Assembly: GCA_051530055.1 (NCBI GenBank)
Contig: JBMGUZ010000064.1
Coordinates: forward strand, 1 to 15,717
Direction of reading: 5' to 3'
Length of the DNA stretch: 15,717 bases
From: Neoechinorhynchus agilis
Taxonomy: Eukaryota > Animalia > Acanthocephala
Under the pieces are notes generated by a model. That model did not search any database and was not told where the DNA came from. It saw nothing but the letters and a program-made list of their open reading frames with translations. Positions 1-10,944 of the stretch are shown here, in pieces. Positions within the stretch are counted from its first letter, which is position 1. Every line of letters begins with the position of its first letter. The position numbers and the translations under genes are program-made.

Positions 1-931
1 GTATTCGATCTCTTTTTGATATTTAATAAAAATCGTTAATGTTTCTTGTTCTTTAAAGGCAGAAAGTGAGAATTATGGGCTCGGAAATCCCGAGATAAAA
101 AGTGGAATTCAAAGACAATTGATATTTTGCCCAAAAACGTTTACAAAAAGGATTTTTCAACTTTAACGAAGAAACTTCAAGTTTGTATTCGATCTCTTTT
201 TGATATTTAATAAAAATCGTTAATGTTTCTTGTTCTTTAAAGGCAGAAAGTGAGAATTATGGACTCGGAAATCCCGAGATAAAAAGTGGAATTCAAAGAC
301 AATTGATATTTTGCCCAAAAACGTTTACAAAAAGGATTTTTCAGCTTTAACGAAGAAACTTCAAGTTTGTATTCGATGTCGTTTTGATATTTAATAAAAA
401 TCGTTAATGGTTATTGTTCTCTAAAGGCAGAAAGTGAGAATTATGGGCTCGGAAATCCCGAGATAAAAAGTGGAATTCAAAGACAATTGATATTTTGCCC
501 AAAAACGTTTACAAAAAGGATTTTTCAGCTTTAACGAAGAAACTTCAAGTTTGTATTCGATGTCGTTTTGATATTTAATAAAAATCGTTAATGGTTATTG
601 TTCTCTAAAGGCAGAAAGTGAGAATTATGGACTCGGAAATCCCGAGATAAAAAGTGGAATCGATTAATTCGGCTACATTTGAGTCGGCAATTCAAAGACA
701 ATTGATATTTTGCCAAGAAACGTTTACAAAAAGGATTTTTCAGCTTTAACGAAGAAACTTCAAGTTTGTATTCGATCTCGTTTCGATATTTAATAAAAAT
801 CGTTAATGGTTCTTGTTCTCTAAAGGCAGAAAGTGAGAATTATGGACTCGGAAATCCCGAGATAAAAAGTGGAATTCAAAGACAATTGATATTTTGCCAA
901 AAAACGTTTACAAAAAGGATTTTTCAACTTT
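1..931. repeat. Tandem satellite array, 184-bp unit, ~5 copies, truncated by window start
   Basis: GTATTCGAT unit starts at 1, 185, 369, 553, 768 (period 184; the fourth unit carries a 31-nt insertion). Units are near-identical. Similarity stops at ~931. Confidence 0.97.
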
Positions 932-1596
932 ACCATAAGAACATTGGACTGGTATTCTCAATACAGAACTCGAGTCTTAGTGTGTCTTTGAGAAACCAAT
1001 GCAGCCCAGCCATTAGTCGTCTCTCCGGGTGTCCATCATTAGTTGGCGACCTCACAGGCATCCCGAATTGAGGTCTATACAAAGCGATATTATTTATGTG
1101 GCTTTCTAAAAGCTCAGAGATGCCTTCTCCTCATTCTTATTGGACATCTGTCATAAACATATATAAATGAAGACGACGGACATCCGGTTTAAAAAACTGG
1201 AATGATTACATTCATCATTACTGAGTTTCTATTTTTAAGTACTCGCATTATTCAAATTAAAAAAAGATCCGACTAAAGTAACATTGATTTCTCAACCGAT
1301 TCGGTCTCTCTCAGTTGTCTAAACGGTTCAAAGCATTCGTGTTCGTTGATTTCGGTGACAACGCCGATTTTTTTTCGTGTGAAAATAGTTCGAAAAGACA
1401 CAATATTCGATCATCTTTGGGTTTTAGAATCGGTGTAAAGCATTTGGAGTCAAATGAAATCCTTGAGGAATGATAGAGTAAGAACTGTTTTGATGTTTTT
1501 GTATGGCAGAAAAAGGCACAAGATTACAATTCAATTTTCAGACAACAATTAAAAATGTTGATATGTGAGGAGGTACCGGGTGGAAGAGGGCGTTTA

Positions 1597-1730
1597 AATT
1601 ATTTTTTCGATTAAAGACGTTCGTCGAACCTCGTCGGGTTCATTTTCAATTTGTTTTTTAGCGTCTATTACTAACAAACTGAGTTGATGAACCCGACGAG
1701 TTTCGACGAACGTCTTTAATCGAAATAATT
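1597..1730. mobile_element. Foldback / MITE-like inverted repeat
   Basis: 1605-1643 (TTTCGATTAAAGACGTTCGTCGAACCTCGTCGGGTTCAT) is the reverse complement of 1687-1725 with one mismatch. Outer AATTA/TAATT also pair. Spacer 43 nt. The inverted repeat is seen directly; the MITE identity is inferred. Confidence 0.7.
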
Positions 1731-2938
1731 CCAAACAACAATTATTTTAATGGTCCTAGATTATGACAACCACAAGTCCAATTTAGAAGCAACAATCGAA
1801 TATCTTTCAAAATGTGTTTCGGGGACAAACGTCCCATACACATCTTAAGGACGGGGACCTACTCTGGATATCTGGTGGCAGAAAGGTGCTTGGGGGAAAT
1901 ACCAAAAACAGTGTCGGATTCATAAAGGTTTCCCGTATTGTGTGAGATGGATAACTCTATGCTCAAGGTTTCGCTTCGGTTTTCATTGGGAAGGCTACGA
2001 AAAAAGAGATGTTCCCTAAAGGAAATCAGCATCTGGGGATGCTGGCGACCATATTCAAAAATCAATACCTATATTCGCATCAAGACTAACATAAGTCGCT
2101 ATTTAGTAGACCAAAGTCGTCAAGACAGACTAGTTGGTGACCCCTTAGAACGCCGCTTTGTCAAGGTATTTCGTCCTTGAGTTTCATAACTTCCTTGGAC
2201 GCTTTCGCTGGATCTCCTTGGAGAATACTGTCAACGACGATAACGCCCGTTTGAAGCATTTACAATGAGGAAAACCGTCAGCATAGCGCCGCGCTTTCCA
2301 TCAAGCCTACGAGGTGTTTAGTATCTCACTTGTGATGACTACTTAAATATATCAAAAAGTGTTTTTCAAGTCGATAGTTTAGCTAAGATGTGGGCAGTTT
2401 GACCGGCGGGTCAGTGTAGACATGTAGATTTTTAGATTAAGAATTAGGAAATAAACATCGAACATGAGAACTTCAAACTAAATGAATTGTAGAAAAGCGC
2501 TCGATTTATAAAACCCAATAAATGCCTCGTGAGAAAACTATGAAGTCTTAAAACTTACCCAAAGGAGACTGTACAATCGACGATTCCAGCAGTCTTATCT
2601 AGAAAGATTCAAAGTGGCATTTTTTGAATATCTTTAAAGATTATTTATCTATGAAATCGAATGAACACGATGGTAAAAATAGTCGGCATCAGCTACGATA
2701 ATCGGAATACCAGTTCGTATCTTAGAAGATAGCCGATATGAAGATTATAGCCGACGAAACTTAATGAATAAAATAAGGGAATTTAAAAGTCGTTCTCTCA
2801 AAAGAGAAATCGGCTCTTTTGGTAAAGTTCACGATGTATGGCAGCAGCTGACTAAAAGAAATCTCAGTTTCAAATCTTTTTGCGAAACGAAGAGCAAACT
2901 CGATTTATACACTGGTTCAATTGGTGACAAACCATGAA

Positions 2939-3114
2939 TGTGGAAGTGGGGAAAAATTATATATCTAGAAATCACTTCTAATCGCGCTGGACTTCTTTAG
3001 TCAATTATTGTTTGTAAGTTTTTAAATATTCGAGTTCGTGAGCAATAATTGACTGAAGAAGTACAGCGCGATTGGAAGTGATTTTTAGATATATAATGTT
3101 TCCCCACTTCCACA
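2939..3114. mobile_element. Foldback / MITE-like element, 72-bp arms, GAA direct repeats flanking
   Basis: 2939-3010 vs 3043-3114 are inverted with 5 mismatches and a 32-nt spacer. Termini TGT...ACA. GAA lies immediately on both sides (2936-2938, 3115-3117), consistent with a 3-bp target-site duplication. Confidence 0.8.
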
Positions 3115-3511
3115 GAATCAATAATAAGATGCAAATTTTCCGCTCGTTTATATAAAGACAATTCCGGATCTCATGGGACCTTTTTTGCTTTAGGAACAAT
3201 ATTTACGATAAGTCATATCGAGAGAAAATCCATATCGGGATTGTAAATTTTGATTTGTGGTGAATATACTCGCCCGGTAAAAAATCATTTTATTGTTCGC
3301 GAAATAATCATTGCTTGTAAGTTTATTGCAATATTGATTATTTCGTCAAAAGAGTTTTTCTCTTAGAGTAAGTTGAATTTTTTGGTAGGCCAAAACTGGA
3401 CATTCGATAATTTTTTGGTAACATTCAAAAAAAATTTTTTGGATCGATCAAATCTTAAGTTCTAAAGTCTCAGTTGAAAACGTTTGGAAATCTAAAATAA
3501 GTGAACCGAAT

Positions 3512-6500
3512 ACGGCCACATTAAAATGCTTAGTTTTTAAAGATAGTGTTTATATTGCCGAACATTTACCATCCTGATAGGCGGAATAAAAATTAAAGGA
3601 ATTTTTGGGTTAAATCTGAATGTTTTCGGCACAATGTTCTCCGGAAACAATTGGATTTAACCAAAAAATTCTTTAATTTTTATTCCACCACAAATCAAAA
3701 TATGAAAATAATTCAATGTTCAAACATTTAAAAGCATATAAAATAATTCATAAAAAAATACTTGAAGAAGATTCTCTAAAATGAAACGGCCAGGTTCAAA
3801 GTCTTAGTTTTTAACGATAGTGTTTTATTGCGCTTTATAAAAGAAACGGTAAAAGTGTGACTGAGAAGTCTCTTCTCAACATTCGTTTTATGGCGGAATA
3901 AAAATTAAAGGAATTTTTGGGTTAAATCTGAATGTTTTCGGCACAATGTTCTCCGGAAACAATTGGATTTAACCAAAAAATTCTTTAATTTTTATTCCAC
4001 CACAAATCAAAATATGAAAATAATTCAATGTTCAAGCATTTAAAATCATGCAAAATAATTCATAAAAAATACTTGAAGAAGATTCTCTAAAATGAAACGG
4101 CCAGGTTCAAAGTCTTAGTTTTTAACGATAGTGTTTTATTGCGCTTTATAAAAGAAACGGTAAAAGCGTGACTGAAAAGTCCCTTCTCAACATTCGTTTT
4201 ATGGCGGAATAAAAATTAAAGGAATTTTTGGGTTAAATCCGAATGTTTTCGGCACAATGTTCTCCGGAAACAATTGGATTTAACCAAAAAAAATCTTTAA
4301 TTTTTATTCCACCACAAATCAAAATATGAAAATAATTCAATGTTCAAACATTTAAAAGCATATAAAATAATTCATAAAAAAATACTTGAAGAAGGTTCTC
4401 TAAAATGAAACGGCCAGGTTCAAATGCTTAGTTTTTAACGATAGTTTTTTATTGCGCTTTATAAAAGAAACGGTAAAAGTGTGACTGAGAAGTCTCTTCT
4501 CAACATTCGTTTTATGGCGGAATAAAAATTAAAGGAATTTTTGGGTTAAATCTGAATGTTTTCGGCACAATGTTCTCCGGAAACAATTGGATTTAACCAA
4601 AAAATTCTTTAATTTTTATTCCACCACAAATCAAAATATGAAAATAATTCAATGTTCAAGCATTTAAAATCATGCAAAATAATTCATAAAAAATACTTGA
4701 AGAAGATTCTCTAAAATGAAACGGCCAGGTTCAAAGTCTTAGTTTTTAACGATAGTTTTTTATTGCGCTTTATAAAAGAAACGGTAAAAGTGTGACTGAG
4801 AAGTCCCTTCTCAACATTCGTTTTATGGCGGAATAAAAATTAAAGGAATTTTTGGGTTAAATCTGAATGTTTTCGGCACAATGTTCTCCGAAAACAATTG
4901 GATTTTACCAAAAAATTCTTTAATTTTTATTCCACCACAAATCAAAATATGAAAATAATTCAATGTTCAAACATTTAAAATCATATAAAATAATTCATAA
5001 AAAAATGCTTGAGAAGATTCTCTAAAATGAAACGGCCAGGTTCAAATGCTTAGTTTTTAACGATAGTGTTTTATTGCGCTTTATAAAAGAAACGGTAAAA
5101 GTGTGACTGAAAAGTCTCTTCTCAACATTCGTTTTATGGCGGAATAAAAATTAAAGGAATTTTTGGGTTAAATCTGAATGTTTTCGGCACAATGTTCTCC
5201 GGAAACAATTGGATTTAACCAAAAAAAATTTTTAATTTTTATTCCACCACAAATCAAAATATGAAAATAATTCAATGTTCAAACATTTAAAATCATATAA
5301 AATAATTCATAAAAAAATACTTGAAGAAGATTCTCTAAAATGAAACGGCCAGGTTCAAATGCTTAGTTTTTAACGATAGTGTTTTATTGCGCTTTATAAA
5401 AGAAACGGTAAAAGTCTGACTGAGAAGTCTCTTCTCAACATTCGTTTTATGGCGGAATAAAAATTAAAGGAATTTTTGGGTTAAATCCGAATGTTTTCGG
5501 CACAATGTTCTCCGGAAACAATCGGATTTAACAAAAAAAAATTCTTTAATTTTATTCCACCACAAATCAAAATATGAAAATTATTCAATGTTCAAACATT
5601 TAAAAGCATATAAAATAATTCATAAAAAAATACTTGAAGAAGATTCTCTAAAATGAAACGGCCAGGTTCAAATGCTTAGTTTTTAACGATAGTTTTTTAT
5701 TGCGCTTTATAAAAGAAACGGTAAAAGTGTGACTGAGAAGTCCCTTCTCAACATTCGTTTTATGGCAGAATAAAAATTAAAGGAATTTTTGGGTTAAATC
5801 CGAATGTTTTCCGCACGATGTTCTCCGAAAACAATTGGATTTTACCAAAAAATTCTTTAATTTTATTCCACCACAAATCAAAATATGAAAATAATTCAAT
5901 GTTCAAACATTTAAAATCATATAAAATAATTCATAAAAAATGCTTGAAGAAGATTCTCTAAATGAAACGGCCAGGTTCAAATGCTTAGTTTTTAACGATA
6001 GTGTTTTATTGCGCTTTATAAAAGAAACGGTAAAAGTGTGACTGAAAAGTCTCTTCTCAACATTCGTTTTATGGCGGAATAAAAATTAAAGGAATTTTTG
6101 GGTTAAATCCGAATGTTTTCGGCACGATGTTCTCCGGAAACAATTGGATTTTACCAAAAAATTCTTTAATTTTATTCCACCACAAATCAAAATATGAAAA
6201 TAATTCAATGTTCAAGCATTTAAAATCATGCAAAATAATTATAAAAAATACTTGAAGAAGTTCTCTAAAATGAAACGGCCAGGTTCAAATGCTTAGTTTT
6301 TAACGATAGTTTTTATTGCGCTTTATAAAAGAAACGGTAAAAGTTTGACTGAGAAGTCTCTTCTCAACATTCGTTTTATGGCGGAATAAAAATTAAAGGA
6401 ATTTTTGGGTTAAATCTGAATGTTTTCGGCACGATGTTCTCCGGAAACAATTGGATTTAACCAAAAAAAATCTTTAATTTTTATTCCAATACAAATCAAA

Positions 6501-7774
6501 ATATGAAAATAATTCAATGTTCAAGCATTTAAAATCATGTAAAATAATTCATAAAAAATACTTGAAGAAGGTTCTCTAAAATGAAACGGCCAGGTTCAAA
6601 TGCTTAGTTTTTAACGATAGTTTTTTATTGCGCTTTATAAAAGAAACGGTAAAAGTTTGACTGAGAAGTCTCTTCTCAACATTCGTTTTATGGCGGAATA
6701 AAAATTAAAGGAATTTTTGGGTTAAATCCGAATGTTTTCCGCACGATGTTCTCCGAAAACAATTGGATTTTACCAAAAAATTCTTTAATTTTTATTCCAC
6801 CACAAATCAAAATATGAAAATAATTCAATGTTCAAACATTTAAAATCATATAAAATAATTCATAAAAAAATGCTTGAAGAAGATTCTCTAAAATGAAACG
6901 GCCAGGTTCAAATGCTTAGTTTTTAACGATAGTTTTTTATTGCGCTTTATAAAAGAAACGGTAAAAGTGTGACTGAAAAGTCTCTTCTCAACATTCGTTT
7001 TATGGCGGAATAAAAATTAAAGGAATTTTTGGGTTAAATCTGAATGTTTTCGGCACAATGTTCTCCGGAAACAATTGGATTTAACCAAAAAAAATTTTTA
7101 ATTTTTATTCCACCACAAATCAAAATATGAAAATAATTCAATGTTCAAACATTTAAAATCATATAAAATAATTCATAAAAAATACTTGAAGAAGGTTCTC
7201 TAAAATGAAACGGCCAGGTTCAAATGCTTAGTTTTTAACGATAGTTTTTTATTGCGCTTTATAAAAGAAACGGTAAAAGTGTGACTGAGAAGTCTCTTCT
7301 CAACATTCGTTTTATGGCGGAATAAAAATTAAAGGAATTTTTGGGTTAAATCTGAATGTTTTCGGCACAATGTTCTCCGAAAACAATTGGATTTTACCAA
7401 AAAATTCTTTAATTTTTATTCCACCAGAAATCAAAATATGAAAATAATTCAATGTTCAAACATTTAAAATCATATAAAATAATTCATAAAAAATACTTGA
7501 AGAAGGTTCTCTAAAATGAAACGGCCAGGTTCAAATGCTTAGTTTTTAACGATAGTTTTTTATTGCGCTTTATAAAAGAAACGGTAAAAGTTTGACTGAG
7601 AAGTCTCTTCTCAACATTCGTTTTATGGCGGAATAAAAATTAAAGGAATTTTTGGGTTAAATCTGAATGTTTTCGGCACAATGTTCTCCGGAAACAATTG
7701 GATTTAACCAAAAAATTCCTAATCATGCAAAATAATTCATAAAAAATGCTTGAAGAAGATTCTCTAGAATGAAA
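3512..7774. repeat. Tandem satellite array, ~312-bp unit, 13 full copies plus a partial; each unit contains a ~110-nt inverted repeat
   Basis: GCGGAATAAAA anchors at 3581, 3893, 4204, 4517, 4828, 5139, 5452, 5765, 6074, 6381, 6693, 7005, 7317, 7628 (periods 307-313, differing mainly in homopolymer length). A diverged lead-in lies at ~3512-3558. The last unit is internally deleted and ends at ~7774. Confidence 0.98.
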
Positions 7775-8489
7775 ATGATAAAAAGACGTAAAGTTGCTTC
7801 ACATCGGAGAATCAAAAGTGTATAAAATGCAATTTTTGAAGCAATCTAAGAAAATCTATGTAACCCTAAGAGTCCAGATACTCCATGCTCGCGTTTCTGG
7901 ACACCATAGAACCAATCAAAAATCAGCTAAATTCATTAATGGCAATCGATCGTACCAATGAATTCGACTGCGAACAAATGTCGAAAACACGTTTTATAGG
8001 ACTTTGTGAGAACCGTAGAAATCGATCTGTTCAAAAACGAATATCGTGTTGTAGACTTATTCCTTTGAGACTAGGAGTTATGTGTTTTGAGGTAAACATT
8101 AAAATAAGCTTTTCTTCAAGAAAGCGCGCTTAGTGTATATGCGTTGCTCCGTCATTGAACGTTTATAAGAAACTGATACGAGCATGAACATTGTTGAGTG
8201 GGTAAGGCTCCATCTTTTAACGATTTCGTGAGATTTGGGGTCGGTCCTTGAAGTCGAATGAGCGATTATGGACACCACTGGCGGCAGCAACGAATTGGGT
8301 CATTTTACTATTAAATAAAAAATCTATTTGTAAAAATACCTGAAAAAATTTCGCAGTATCAGCGGAAATTTCTTTGAGTTAAAACATTTTAAAATGAGAC
8401 CAAAAGCGGACCCATCTATCGCCGATAATTTACTTATATATCCCGGGCGATTGGCAGGGAATGGTGTTTCCACGGACAATGCGAAGGAG

Positions 8490-10944
8490 AAAGATTTTCT
8501 TTATCCTTACCATTCGGGCCAAGTGTCCACCGAAAAAACTTTTAAAGTAGTATTTCAAACTACTTTCATAAACGAAATGACGATGTTGGAGAGGTTGAAG
8601 GTTTACGAACTGGGAATTCTATTCCTTAAGCGATATTTCCGAAACAGTATTATTCCCTTGTTTACAAGGAATCGTAAAAATTGAGGATTACTTCGTTTTC
8701 AATGTCTCAAAAGCAATTTAAGAGAATTGAGGGATAGTTTAGATCGATAATTTCAGAGCTTTAGAGTTGTTCAAAACAAGCGGGACAAACTTTCCACACT
8801 TCGATGTCGCTAATTTAACACACACTTCATAACTCCACTTGCCTTTAGCTCGAAAATAAAGATTTTCTTTATCCTTACCATTCGGGCCAAGTGTCCACCG
8901 AAAAAACTTTTAAAGTAGTATTTTAAACTACTTTCATAAACGAAATGACGATGTTGGAGAGGTTGAAGGTTTACGAACTGGGAATTCTATTCCTTAAGCG
9001 ATATTTCCGAAACAGTATTATTCCCTTGTTTACAAGGAATCGTAAAAAATTGAGGATTACTTCGTTTTCAATGTCTCAAAAGCAATTTAAGAGAATTGAG
9101 GGATAGTTTAGATCGATAATTGCAGAGCTTTAGAACTTTTTAAAACAAGCGGGACAAACTTTCCACACTTCGATGTCGCTAATTTAACACACATTTGTTT
9201 GGTGTTTTTTTTGGGTACCAAAAAACTTTTAAAGTAGTATTTCAAACTACTTTTATAAACGAAATGACGATGTTGGAGAGGTTGAAGGTTTACGAACTGG
9301 GAATTCTATTCCTTAAGCGATGTCTCCGAAACAGCATTATTCCCTTGTTTACAAGGAATCGTAAAAACTGAGGATTACTTCGTTTTCAATGTCTCAAAAG
9401 CCATTTAAGAGAATTGAGGGATAGTTTAGATCGATAATTGCAGAGCTTTAGAACTTTTTAAAACAAGCGGGACAAACTTTCCACACTTCGATGTCGCTAA
9501 TTTAACACACACTTCATAACTCCACTTGCCTTTAGCTCGAAAATAAAGATTTTCTTTATCCTTACCATTCGGGCCAAGTGTCCACCGAAAAAACTTTTAA
9601 AGTAGTATTTCAAACTACTTTTATAAACGAAATGACGATGTTGGAGAGGTTGAAGGTTTACGAACTGGGAATTCTATTCCTTAAGCGATGTCTCCGAAAC
9701 AGCATTATTCCCTTGTTTACAAGGAACCGTAAAAACTTGAGGATTACTTCGTTTTCAATGTCTCAAAAGCCATTTAAGAGAATTGAGGGATAGTTTAGAT
9801 CGATAATTGCAGAGCTTTAGAACTTTTTAAAACAAGCGGGACAAACTTTCCACACTTCGATGTGGCCAATTTAACACACAACCAAAAAACTTTTAAAGTA
9901 GTATTTCAAACTACTTTTATAAACGAAATGACGATGTTGGAGAGGTTGAAGGTTTACGAACGGGAATTCTATTCCTTAAGCGATGTCTCCGAAACAGCAT
10001 TATTCCCTTGTTTACAAGGAATCGTAAAAAATTGATTACTTCGTTTTCAATGTCTCAAAAGCAATTTAAGAGAATTGAGGGATAGTTTAGATCGATAATT
10101 GCAGAGCTTTAGAACTTTTTAAAACAAGCGGGACGAACATTCCACACTTCGATGTCGCTAATTTAACACACAACCAAAAAACTTTTAAAGTAGTATTTCA
10201 AACTACTTTCATAGACGAAATACCAATGTTGGAGAGGTTGAAGGTTTACGAACTGGGAATTCTATTCCTTAAGCGATGTCTCCGAAACAGCATTATTCCC
10301 TTGTTTACAAGGAATCGTAAAAAATTGAGGATTACTTCGTTTTCAATGTCTCAAAAGCCATTTAAGAGAATTGAGGGATAGTTTAGATCGATAATTGCAG
10401 AGCTTTAGAACTTTTTAAAACAAGCGAGACGAACATTCCACACTTCGATGTCGCTAATTTAACACACAACCAAAAAACTTTTAAAGTAGTATTTTAAACT
10501 ACTTTCATAGACGAAATGACGATGTTGGAGAGGTTGAAGGTTTACGAACTGGGAATTCTATTCCTTAAGCGATGTCTCCGAAACAGCATTATTCCCTTGT
10601 TTACAAGGAATCGTAAAAAATTGAGGATTACTTCGTTTTCAATGTCTCAAAAGCCATTTAAGAGAATTGAGGGATAGTTTAGATCGATAATTGCAGAGCT
10701 TTAGAACTTTTTAAAACAAGCGGGACAAACTTTCCACACTTCGATGTGGCCAATTTAACACACAACCAAAAAACTTTTAAAGTAGTATTTCAAACTACTT
10801 TTATAAACGAAATGACGATGTTGGAGAGGTTGAAGGTTTACGAACTGGGAATTCTATTCCTTAAGCGATATCTCCGAAACAGCATTATTCCCTTGTTTAC
10901 AAGGAATCGTAAAAAATTGAGGATTACTTCGTTTTCAATGTCTC
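8490..10944. repeat. Tandem satellite array with long (368 bp) and short (296 bp) unit variants, ~8 copies of the core
   Basis: The C of AAAAACTTTTAAAGTAG falls at 8539, 8907, 9226, 9594, 9890, 10182, 10478, 10774, giving periods 368, 319, 368, 296, 292, 296, 296. Confidence 0.97.

Noticed and set aside
766-1071. 101-aa ORF
   Set aside because: Mostly a read-through of the last 184-bp satellite unit, with no recognisable motif.
1859-2937. Short ORFs at 1859-2180 and an ~84-codon stop-free stretch at ~2683-2937 as possible retroelement remnants
   Set aside because: I could not recognise RT, endonuclease, integrase or transposase motifs in any frame. A TBLASTX/HMMER search against Dfam or Repbase would be needed to rescue the idea.
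3581-10944. CRISPR array or hammerhead-containing satellite
   Set aside because: Units are 300-370 bp with no unique spacers. I found no CUGANGA...GAAA core with a valid stem II on either strand of the three monomers.
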